A stretch of DNA of 64,000 bases, from NCBI RefSeq assembly GCF_009914755.1, contig NC_060940.1; one strand, 5' to 3'. Each line of letters starts with the position of its first letter. Position 1 is the stretch's first letter. The DNA comes from the human T2T-CHM13v2.0 reference genome, Homo sapiens. The notes under the pieces were generated by a model. That model saw only the letters and a program-made list of their open reading frames with translations, searched no databases and had not been told where the DNA came from. Below are positions 30,101-43,100 of the stretch, piece by piece. A program made the position numbers and the translations under genes.

Positions 30101-33100
30101 TTAGATTCCATTCGATGATGATTCCATTCGATTCCATTTGATGATTGCATTCTATTTCATTTGATGATGATTCCATTCGAGTCCACTCGATGATTCCATT
30201 CGAGTCCATTTAATGAATCCATTGGTTTCAATTCTATGATGATTACATTGGATTCCATTCGTTGATGATTTCATTCGGTTCCATTCAATGATGATTCCAT
30301 TCAATTCCTTTCAATGTTTCCATTCAATTGCATACGATGATGATTCCATTTGATTTGATTCGACAGTGAGCCATTCGATTCAATTCCATGATGAATCTAT
30401 TTTATTCAATTGGTTGACATTTCCATTCGATTCCATTCGATGATGATTCCCTTTGATTCCATTCAAAGATGATTCCATTCTAGCCCATTCAATCATTCCA
30501 TTCGAATCTATTCAATGATGATTCCATTCATGTCGATTTGGTGATTCCATTTGACTTCATTTGATGATGATTCCTTTCAAGTTCATTAGATGATTCCATT
30601 CGATTCCATTTGATGATGATCCCATTCGAGTCCATTCAGTGATTCCATTCGTTTCCATTCCATGATGATTCCATTCCATTCCATTCAATGATTCCATTCG
30701 ATTCCGTTTGATGATGATTTCATTCGAGTCCATTTGATGTTTCCATTCGTTTCCATTCCATGATGATTCCATTCCATTCCATTCAATGATTCCATTCGAT
30801 TCCGTTTGGTGATGATTTCATTCGAGTCCATTTGATGATTCCATTTGATTCCATTCGATGATGATTCCATTCGAGTCCATTCGATGATTCTATTCGAATC
30901 CACTTGATGATTTCTTTTGATTATAGTTGGTGATGATTCCATTGGAGTCCATTCAATGATTCCATTCGATTCCAATCGATGGTGATTCCATTAGAGTCCA
31001 TTTAATGATTCCATTTGATTCCAGTCTCTGATGATTCCATTCGAGTCCATACGATGATTCCACTCAATTCCATATGATGATGATTCCATTCGATTCCATT
31101 CGATGATTCCATTCTATTCTAATCGATGATGATTCCATTCGATTCCATTCGATGATGATTGGATTCGATTCCATTTGATGATTTCATTTGATTCCATTCG
31201 TTAATGATTTCGATCAACTCCATTCGATGATTCCATTCGATTCCATTCGATAATGATTACATCCGAGTCCATTCGATGATTCCATTTGAGCCCGTTCGAT
31301 AATTCCATTTGAGTCCAATCAATGATTCCATTCATTTCCATTCAATGATTCCATTCGAGTCCATTTGATCATTCTGGTAGGGTCCGTTCGATGTTGATTC
31401 CATTGGAGTGCATTCGATGATTCCATTCGAGTCCATTTTATGATTTGATTCGAGTCCTTTCGATGATTCCATTCGATTCCACTCGATGATGATTTCATTC
31501 GAGTCCATTCGACACTTCCAATCGATTCCATTTGATGTTTCCATTCGAGTCCAATTGATGATTCCATTCAATTCCATTCGATGATGATTCCGTACGATTC
31601 CATTCTGTGATGATTCCATGTGATTGCATTCAATGATGATTCCTTTCGATTGCATTCGATTGTGATTCATTTCGTGTTCATTCTATGGTTCCACAGGTTT
31701 CCATTCGTGTCCATTCCATTATTCCATTCTATTCCATTTCATGATGATTCCATTCGATTCCATTCATTGGTGATTCCACTCAATTCCATTCAATGATTCC
31801 ATTCCATTTCTTTCAACAATGATTCCATTAGTTTCTAATCGATGATCCACTTGATTCCATTTGATGACGATTCCATTCTTGCCATTCGATGATTCCATTT
31901 GATTCCATATGATGATGATTCCATTCGATTCCATACGATGATGATTCCATTCGAGTCCATTCAATGGTGATTCCATTCCATTCCATTCCATGATTCCTTT
32001 TGATTCCATTCGATGATGATGGCATTCGATTCCTTTCAATCATTCCCTTTGATTCCATTCAAAGGTGATTTCATTCAAGTCCATTCGATAATTGCATTCG
32101 ATTCCATTCTATGATGATTCCATTCGAGTCCATTTGATGATTCCATTCAATTCAAGTCAATGATGATTCCATTCGATTCCTTTCGATGATTCCATTGGAT
32201 TCCATTCGATGATGATTCCATTCAAATCCATTCGATAATTCAATTCAAGTCCATTCGATGATGATTCCAATCGAATCCATTCAAAGATTCCATTCAGTTC
32301 CATTCGATGATAACCTTAGATTCCATTCGATGATTCCACTTGTTTCCATTTACGATGATTCCATTCGATTCCATGTGATGATTCCATTCAATTCTATTCA
32401 ATGATGTCTCCATTTGATTCCATTCGACCATGATTGCCTTTGCTTCCATTCAATGTTTCCATTCGGTTCCTTTTGATGATAATTCCGTTCGATTCCATTT
32501 GATGATTCCATTTGATTCCATTGGATGAGTCCATTCGATTACATTCGATGATTATTCCATTCGAGTGCATTAGATGATTCCATTCGAGTCCATTCGATGA
32601 TTCCATTCGATTCCATTCGATGTTGATTCTGTTCAAATCCATTCGATGATTCCACTCGATTCCATTCGATGACTCCATTTGATCCCATTCGATGATTTCC
32701 TGTGATTCCCTTTGATGATCATTCCATTTGATTCAATTCGGTGATTTCATTTGATTCCATTCAGTGATGTTTCCATTCCACTCCATTCGATGATTATTCC
32801 ATTCGACTCCATTCGATTATGATTTCATTCAATTCCATTCGATAATGATTCCCTTCAAGTCCATTCGATGATTCCATTCGATTCCATTCAACGATGATTT
32901 GATTCGTGTCCATTCGATGATTCCATTTGATTCCACTTGATGATGATTCCATTCGAGTCCATTTGATGATTCCATTCAATTCCATTCTCCGATGATTTCT
33001 TTTGAGCCCATTCAATGCTTCCACTCGATTCCATATGATGATGACTCCATTCGATTAAATTCGATGATGATTCCGTTCGCTTGCGTTCGATGATGATTCC

Positions 33101-36100
33101 ACTTGAGTCCGTTAGAAGATTCTATTCAATTACATTCCATGACGATTCCGATCGAGTCCATTTGATGATTCCATTAGACTCCATTCGACGATGATTCCAT
33201 TCGATGTTATTCGATGATTCCATTCGATCTCATTCGATGATGATTCCATTCAACTCCATTCGATGTTTCCATTCGAGTTCATTCTATTATTCCATTAGAT
33301 TCCATTCGATGATGATTCCATTCGATTCCATTTGATGATTGCATTCTATTTCATTTGATGATGATTCCATTCGAGTCCACTCGATGATTCCATTCGAGTC
33401 CATTTAATGAATCCATTGGTTTCAATTCTATGATGATTACATTGGATTCCATTCGTTGATGATTTCATTCGGTTCCATTCAATGATGATTCCATTCAATT
33501 CCTTTCAATGTTTCCATTCAATTGCATACGATGATGCTTCCATTTCATTTGATTCGACAGTGAGCCATTCGATTCAATTCCATGATGAATCTATTTTATT
33601 CAATTGGTTGACATTTCCATTCGATTCCATTCGATGATGATTCCCTTTGATTCCATTCAAAGATGATTCCATTCTAGCCCATTCAATCATTCCATTCGAA
33701 TCTATTCAATGATGATTCCATTCATGTCGATTTGGTGATTCCATTTGACTTCATTTGATGATGATTCCCTTCAAGTTCATTAGATGATTCCATTCGATTC
33801 CATTTGATGATGATCCCATTCGAGTCCATTCAGTGATTCCATTCGTTTCCATTCCATGATGATTCCATTCCATTCCATTCAATGATTCCATTCGATTCCG
33901 TTTGATGATGATTTCATTCGAGTCCATTTGATGTTTCCATTCGTTTCCATTCCATGATGATTCCATTCCATTCCATTCAATGATTCCATTCGATTCCGTT
34001 TGGTGATGATTTCATTCGAGTCCATTTGATGATTCCATTTGATTCCATTCGATGATGATTCCATTCGAGTCCATTCGATGATTCTATTCGAATCCACTTG
34101 ATGATTTCTTTTGATTATAGTTGGTGATGATTCCATTGGAGTCCATTCAATGATTCCATTCGATTCCAATCGATGGTGATTCCATTAGAGTCCATTTAAT
34201 GATTCCATTTGATTCCAGTCTCTGATGATTACATTCGAGTCCATACGATGATTCCACTCAATTCCATATGATGATGATTCCATTCGATTCCATTCGATGA
34301 TTCCATTCTATTCTAATCGATGATGATTCCATTCGATTCCATTCGATGATGATTGGATTCGATTCCATTTGATGATTTCATTTGATTCCATTCGTTAATG
34401 ATTTCGATCAACTCCATTCGATGATTCCATTCGATTCCATTCGATAATGATTACATCCGAGTCCATTCGATGATTCCATTTGAGCCCGTTCGATAATTCC
34501 ATTTGAGTCCAATCAATGATTCCATTCATTTCCATTCAATGATTCCATTCGAGTCCATTTGATCATTCTGGTAGGGTCCGTTCGATGTTGATTCCATTGG
34601 AGTGCATTCGATGATTCCATTCGAGTCCATTTTATGATTTGATTCGAGTCCTTTCGATGATTCCATTCGATTCCACTCGATGATGATTTCATTCGAGTCC
34701 ATTCGACACTTCCAATCGATTCCATTTGATGTTTCCATTCGAGTCCAATTGATGATTCCATTCAATTCCATTCGATGATGATTCCGTACGATTCCATTCT
34801 GTGATGATTCCATGTGATTGCATTCAATGATGATTCCTTTCGATTGCATTCGATTGTGATTCATTTCGTGTTCATTCTATGGTTCCACAGGTTTCCATTC
34901 GTGTCCATTCCATTATTCCATTCTATTCCATTTCATGATGATTCCATTCGATTCCATTCATTGGTGATTCCACTCAATTCCATTCAATGATTCCATTCCA
35001 TTTCTTTCAACAATGATTCCATTAGTTTCTAATCGATGATCCACTTGATTCCATTTGATGACGATTCCATTCTTGCCATTCGATGATTCCATTTGATTCC
35101 ATATGATGATGATTCCATTCGATTCCATACGATGATGATTCCATTCGAGTCCATTCAATGGTGATTCCATTCCATTCCATTCCATGATTCCTTTTGATTC
35201 CATTCGATGATGATGGCATTCAATTCCTTTCAATCATTCCCTTTGATTCCATTCAAAGGTGATTTCATTCAAGTCCATTCGATAATTGCATTCGATTCCA
35301 TTCTATGATGATTCCATTCGAGTCCATTTGATGATTCCATTCAATTCAAGTCAATGATGATTCCATTCGATTCCATTCGATGATTCCATTGGATTCCATT
35401 CGATGATGATTCCATTCAAATCCATTCGATAATTCAATTCAAGTCCATTCGATGATGATTCCAATCGAATCCATTCAAAGATTCCATTCAGTTCCATTCG
35501 ATGATAACCTTAGATTCCATTCGATGATTCCACTTGTTTCCATTTACGATGATTCCATTCGATTCCATGTGATGATTCCATTCAATTCTATTCAATGATG
35601 TCTCCATTTGATTCCATTCGACCATGATTGCCTTTGCTTCCATTCAATGTTTCCATTCGGTTCCTTTTGATGATAATTCCGTTCGATTCCATTTGATGAT
35701 TCCATTTGATTCCATTGGATGAGTCCATTCGATTACATTCGATGATTATTCCATTCGAGTGCATTAGATGATTCCATTCGAGTCCATTCGATGATTCCAT
35801 TCGATTCCATTCGATGTTGATTCTGTTCAAGTCCATTCGATGATTCCACTGGATTCCATTCGAGGACTCCAGTTGATCCCATTCGATGATTTCCTTTGAT
35901 TCCCTTTGATGATCATTCCATTTGATACAATTCGGTGATTTCATTTGATTCCATTCAGTGATGTTTCCATTCGACTCCATTCGATGATGATTCCATTCGA
36001 CTCCATTCGATTATGATTTCATTCAATTCCATTCGATAATGATTCCCTTCGAGTCCATTCGATGATTCCATTCGATTCCATTCAACGATGATTTGATTCG

Positions 36101-39100
36101 TGTCCGTTCGATGATTCCATTTGATTCCACTTGATGATGATTCCATTCGAGTCCATTTGATGATTCCATTCAATTCCATTCTCCGATGATTTCTTTTGAG
36201 CCCACTCAATGCTTCCACTCGATTCCATATGATGATGACTCCATTCGATTAAATTCGATGATGATTCCGTTCGCTTGCGTTCGATGATGATTCCACTTGA
36301 GTCCGTTAGAAGATTCTATTCAATTACATTCCATGACGATTCCGATCGAGTCCATTTGATGATTCCATTAGACTCCATTCGACGATGATTCCATTCGATG
36401 TTATTCGATGATTCCATTCGATCTCATTCGATGATGATTCCATTCAACTCCATTCGATGTTTCCATTCGAGTTCATTCTATTATTCCATTAGATTCCATT
36501 CGATGATGATTCCATTCGATTCCATTTGATGATTGCATTCTATTTCATTTGATGATGATTCCATTCGAGTCCACTCGATGATTCCATTCGAGTCCATTTA
36601 ATGAATCCATTGGTTTCAATTCTATGATGATTACATTGGATTCCATTCGTTGATGATTTCATTCGGTTCCATTCAATGATGATTCCATTCAATTCCTTTC
36701 AATGTTTCCATTCAATTGCATACGATGATGCTTCCATTTCATTTGATTCGACAGTGAGCCATTCGATTCAATTCCATGATGAATCTATTTTATTCAATTG
36801 GTTGACATTTCCATTCGATTCCATTCGATGATGATTCCCTTTGATTCCATTCAAAGATGATTCCATTCTAGCCCATTCAATCATTCCATTCGAATCTATT
36901 CAATGATGATTCCATTCATGTCGATTTGGTGATTCCATTTGACTTCATTTGATGATGATTCCCTTCAAGTTCATTAGATGATTCCATTCGATTCCATTTG
37001 ATGATGATCCCATTCGAGTCCATTCAGTGATTCCATTCGTTTCCATTCCATGATGATTCCATTCCATTCCATTCAATGATTCCATTCGATTCCGTTTGAT
37101 GATGATTTCATTCGAGTCCATTTGATGTTTCCATTCGTTTCCATTCCATGATGATTCCATTCCATTCCATTCAATGATTCCATTCGATTCCGTTTGGTGA
37201 TGATTTCATTCGAGTCCATTTGATGATTCCATTTGATTCCATTCGATGATGATTCCATTCGAGTCCATTCGATGATTCTATTCGAATCCACTTGATGATT
37301 TCTTTTGATTATAGTTGGTGATGATTCCATTGGAGTCCATTCAATGATTCCATTCGATTCCAATCGATGGTGATTCCATTAGAGTCCATTTAATGATTCC
37401 ATTTGATTCCAGTCTCTGATGATTCCATTCGAGTCCATACGATGATTCCACTCAATTCCATATGATGATGATTCCATTCTATTCCATTCGATGATTCCAT
37501 TCTATTCTAATCGATGATGATTCCATTCGATTCCATTCGATGATGATTGGATTCGATTCCATTTGATGATTTCATTTGATTCCATTCGTTAATGATTTCG
37601 ATCAACTCCATTCGATGATTCCATTCGATTCCATTCGATAATGATTACATCCGAGTCCATTCGATGATTCCATTTGAGCCCGTTCGATAATTCCATTTGA
37701 GTCCAATCAATGATTCCATTCATTTCCATTCAATGATTCCATTCGAGTCCATTTGATCATTCTGGTAGGGTCCGTTCGATGTTGATTCCATTGGAGTGCA
37801 TTCGATGATTCCATTCGAGTCCATTTTATGATTTGATTCGAGTCCTTTCGATGATTCCATTCGATTCCACTCGATGATGATTTCATTCGAGTCCATTCGA
37901 CACTTCCAATCGATTCCATTTGATGTTTCCATTCGAGTCCAATTGATGATTCCATTCAATTCCATTCGATGATGATTCCGTACGATTCCATTCTGTGATG
38001 ATTCCATGTGATTGCATTCAATGATGATTCCTTTCGATTGCATTCGATTGTGATTCATTTCGTGTTCATTCTATGGTTCCACAGGTTTCCATTCGTGTCC
38101 ATTCCATTATTCCATTCTATTCCATTTCATGATGATTCCATTCGATTCCATTCATTGGTGATTCCACTCAATTCCATTCAATGATTCCATTCCATTTCTT
38201 TCAACAATGATTCCATTAGTTTCTAATCGATGATCCACTTGATTCCATTTGATGACGATTCCATTCTTGCCATTCGATGATTCCATTTGATTCCATATGA
38301 TGATGATTCCATTCGATTCCATACGATGATGATTCCATTCGAGTCCATTCAATGGTGATTCCATTCCATTCCATTCCATGATTCCTTTTGATTCCATTCG
38401 ATGATGATGGCATTCGATTCCTTTCAATCATTCCCTTTGATTCCATTCAAAGGTGATTTCATTCAAGTCCATTCGATAATTGCATTCGATTCCATTCTAT
38501 GATGATTCCATTCGAGTCCATTTGATGATTCCATTCAATTCAAGTCAATGATGATTCCATTCGATTCCATTCGATGATTCCATTGGATTCCATTCGATGA
38601 TGATTCCATTCAAATCCATTCGATAATTCAATTCAAGTCCATTCGATGATGATTCCAATCGAATCCATTCAAAGATTCCATTCAGTTCCATTCGATGATA
38701 ACCTTAGATTCCATTCGATGATTCCACTTGTTTCCATTTACGATGATTCCATTCGATTCCATGTGATGATTCCATTCAATTCTATTCAATGATGTCTCCA
38801 TTTGATTCCATTCGACCATGATTGCCTTTGCTTCCATTCAATGTTTCCATTCGGTTCCTTTTGATGATAATTCCGTTCGATTCCATTTGATGATTCCATT
38901 TGATTCCATTGGATGAGTCCATTCGATTACATTCGATGATTATTCCATTCGAGTGCATTAGATGATTCCATTCGAGTCCATTCGATGATTCCATTCGATT
39001 CCATTCGATGCTGATTCTGTTCAAGTCCATTCGATGATTCCACTGGATTCCATTCGAGGACTCCAGTTGATCCCATTCGATGATTTCCTTTGATTCCCTT

Positions 39101-40195
39101 TGATGATCATTCCATTTGATACAATTCGGTGATTTCATTTGATTCCATTCAGTGATGTTTCCATTCGACTCCATTCGATGATGATTCCATTCGACTCCAT
39201 TCGATTATGATTTCATTCAATTCCATTCGATAATGATTCCCTTCGAGTCCATTCGATGATTCCATTCGATTCCATTCAACGATGATTTGATTCGTGTCCG
39301 TTCGATGATTCCATTTGATTCCACTTGATGATGATTCCATTCGAGTCCATTTGATGATTCCATTCAATACCATTCTCCGATGATTTCTTTTGAGCCCACT
39401 CAATGCTTCCACTCGATTCCATATGATGATGACTCCATTCGATGAAATTCGATGATGATTCCATTCGCTTGCTTTCGATGATGATTCCACTTGAGTCCGT
39501 TAGAAGATTCTATTCAATTACATTCCATGACGATTCCGTTCGAGTCCATTTGATGATTCCATTAGACTCCATTCGACGATGATTCCATTCGATGTTATTC
39601 GATGATTCCATTGGATCTCATTCGATGATGATTCCATTCAACTCCATTCGATGTTTCCATTCGAGTTCATTCTATTATTCCATTAGATTCCATTCGATGA
39701 TGATTCCATTCGATTCCGTTTGATGATTGCATTCTATTTCATTTGATGATGATTCCATTCGAGTCCACTCGATGATTCCATTCGAGTCCATTTAATGAAT
39801 CCATTGGTTTCAATTCTATGATGATTACATTGGATTCCATTCGTTGATGATTTCATTCGGTTCCATTCAATGATGATTCCATTCAATTCCTTTCAATGTT
39901 TCCATTCAATTCCATACGATGATGATTCCATTTGATTTGATTCGACAGTGAGCCATTCGATTCAATTCCATGATGATTCTATTTGATTCAATTGGTTGAC
40001 ATTTCCATTCGATTCCATTCGATGATGATTCCCTTTGATTCCATTCAAAGATGATTCCATTCTAGCCCATTCAATCATTCCATTCGTTTCTATTCAATGA
40101 TGATTCCATTCATGTCGATTTGGTGATTCCATTTGACTTCATTTGATGATGATTCCTTTCAAGTTCATTAGATGATTCCATTCGATTCCATTTGA

Positions 40196-43100
40196 TGATG
40201 ATTCCATTCCATTCCATTCAATGATTCCATTCGATTCCGTTTGATGATGATTTCATTCGAGTCCATTTGATGATTCCATTTGATTCCATTCGATGATGAT
40301 TCCATTCGAGTCCATTCGATGATTCTATTCGAATCCATTTGATGATTACTTTTGATTATATTTGGTGATGATTCCATTGGAGTCCATTCAATGATTCCAT
40401 TCGATTCCAATCGATGATGATTCCATTAGAGTCCATTTAATGATTCCATTTGATTCCAGTCTCTGATGATTACATTCGAGTCCATACGATGATTCCACTC
40501 AATTCCATATCATGATGATTCCATTCGATTCCATTCGATGATTCCATTCTATTCTATTCAATGGTGATTCTATTCGAGTACATTAGATGATTCCATTCGA
40601 TTCCATTCAATGATGATTCTATTTGTGTCCCTTAGATGGTTCCACATGATTCCATTACATGATGATACTATTTGAGCCCATCCAATGATTCCCTTCGATT
40701 CCATTCGATGAGGATTCCATTCGATTCAATTCATTGGTGATTCTATTCAATTCAATTCTTTGATTCCATTCCATTCCATTCGACAATGATTCCATTCGAT
40801 TTCTTTCGATGATTCCGCTCGATTCCACTTGACATTGATTCCATTCGATTCCATTCAATGATTCCGTTTGATTCCAGTGGATGATGATTGCCATCGATTC
40901 CATTCGATCACTCCATTCTATTCCATTTGATGATGATTACATTCGATTCCATTTGATGATTCCATCTGATTCTATTCGAGGATTCCATTTGATTCCATTC
41001 GATGATGATTCCATTCGAGTCCATTCGATGATTTCATTCCAGTACATCCAATGATTCCATTCGAGTCCATTTGATGATTCCATTTGATTCCATTTGATTA
41101 TGATTCTACTAGAGTCCATTCAATGACTCCATTCGAATCCATTCAACAATTCCATTCGAGTCCATTCGATGATTCCATTTCATGATTCCATTCGAGTCCA
41201 TTTAATCATTACAGTCAAGTCCGTTTGGTGATTCCACTGGATTTCTTTTGATAATGATACCACTCAATTACATTTGATGATGATCCCATTCAATTTCATT
41301 TGATGGTGATTCCATTAGAGTCCATTCGATGATTTCATTCGAGTCCCTTCATTGATTCCATCCGATTTCATTTGATGATGACTCCATTCGAGTTCATTCG
41401 ATGATTCCACTCGATTCCATTAGATGATTCCATTGGAGTCCATTTCATTGTTCCATTCGATTCCACTCGATTCCTTTCGAAGATTATTCCATTTGAGTCC
41501 ATTCGATGATGATTCCATTCCATTCCATTCGATGATTCCGTTTGATTCCATTCGATGATTCCCTTCGATTCCTTTCTTTGATGATTCCATTCCATTCCAT
41601 TCAATGATTCCATTCGAATCTATTCCATGATGATTCCTTGCGATTCCATTCGCTGATGTTTCCATTCAATTCCATTCGATGATGATTCCATTCGATTCCA
41701 TTCATTGAGGATTCCATTTGATTCCATTCAATGATGATTCCGTTCTATTCCATTCAATGATTGCATTCAATTCCATTCAATGATTATCCCCTTAGAGTAA
41801 ACTCAATGATTCCATTCAATACCATTCGATGATGATTCCTTTTGAGTCCATTCAATGATTTCATTCAAGTCCATTTGATGATTCCTTTCAATTCCATTCT
41901 ATGATGATTCCATTCGAGTCCATTCGATGATTCCATTCAATTGCATTCGATGATTCCATTATATTCCAGTCAACGATGATTCCATTCGAGTCCATTCGAT
42001 GATTCCATTAGAGTACATTTAATGATTGCTTTGTTTTCAATTCGAAGATGATTACATTGGATTCCATTCTATGATACCATTCGATTCCATTCAATGATGA
42101 TTCCACTCAAATCCATTGGATGATTCCATTCGTGTCCGTTCGGTGATTTCATTAGATTCCATTCGAGGATGATTCCATTCGATTCCATTTGATGATTCCA
42201 TTCAATTCCATTCGATGATGATTCCATTCCAGTCCATATGATCATTCCATTTGATTTCATTCGATGATGATTCCATTCGATTCCATTCGACGATTCCATT
42301 CTATTCCATTCGATGATGATTCCATTCGAGTCCATTCGATGATTCCATTCGAGTCCATTTAATGATTCCATTGGGTTCAATTCAATGATGATTACATTGG
42401 ATTCCGTTCTATGATTCCATTCAATTCCGTTCATTGACAATTTGATTCCATTCGATGATGATTCCATTTGAGTTCATTCGATGATTCTATTCGATTCTCT
42501 TCGATGGTGATTCAATTCTATTATATTGGATGATTCCATTCGATTCCATTTGATGTTGATTCAATTCGATTCTATTCGATGATGATTCCATTGGATTTCA
42601 CTTGATGATTCTATTCGATTCCATTCAATGATGATTCACTTCTCGTCCATTGGATGATTCCATTTCATTCCATTCGATGATGATTCCATTCGATTCCTTT
42701 CGATGATTCCATTTGATTCCATGCGACGGTGAGCAATTCGATTCAATTCCATGATGATTCTATTTGATTCAATTAGATGATGTTTCCATTCGAATCCATT
42801 CCATGATTATTCCATTGGAATCCATTTGGCGATGATTCCATATGAGTCAATTCAATGATGATTCCATATGGGTCCGTTCGATGATAATTCCATTTGATTT
42901 CATTCGATGCTTCTATTCAATTCCAGTCGATGATGATTCCGTTGGAGTCCATACGATGATTCCATTTGATTTCATTTGATGATGATTCCATTCGATGATG
43001 ATTACATTGGATTCCATTCTATGATTCCATTCAATTCCATTCGTTGATGATTCGATTCCATTCAATGATGATTCCATTTGAGTTCATTCGATGATTCTAT

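Larger units (their letters stand above)
4840..40195 (+). repeat. Homogeneous 3194 bp higher-order repeat sub-array: 11 unit junctions enclosing 9 full units and one 1786 bp unit, plus partial units at both ends
   Basis: The same ORF landmark recurs at 7175, 10369, 13563, 15349, 18543, 21737, 24931, 28125, 31319, 34513 and 37707. Spacing is 3194 except once (1786). Translations are nearly identical between copies. Confidence 0.96.

Noticed and set aside
4840-40195. Repeated ORF set resembling a tandem gene cluster or operon
   Set aside because: It simply reflects the 3194 bp satellite period.
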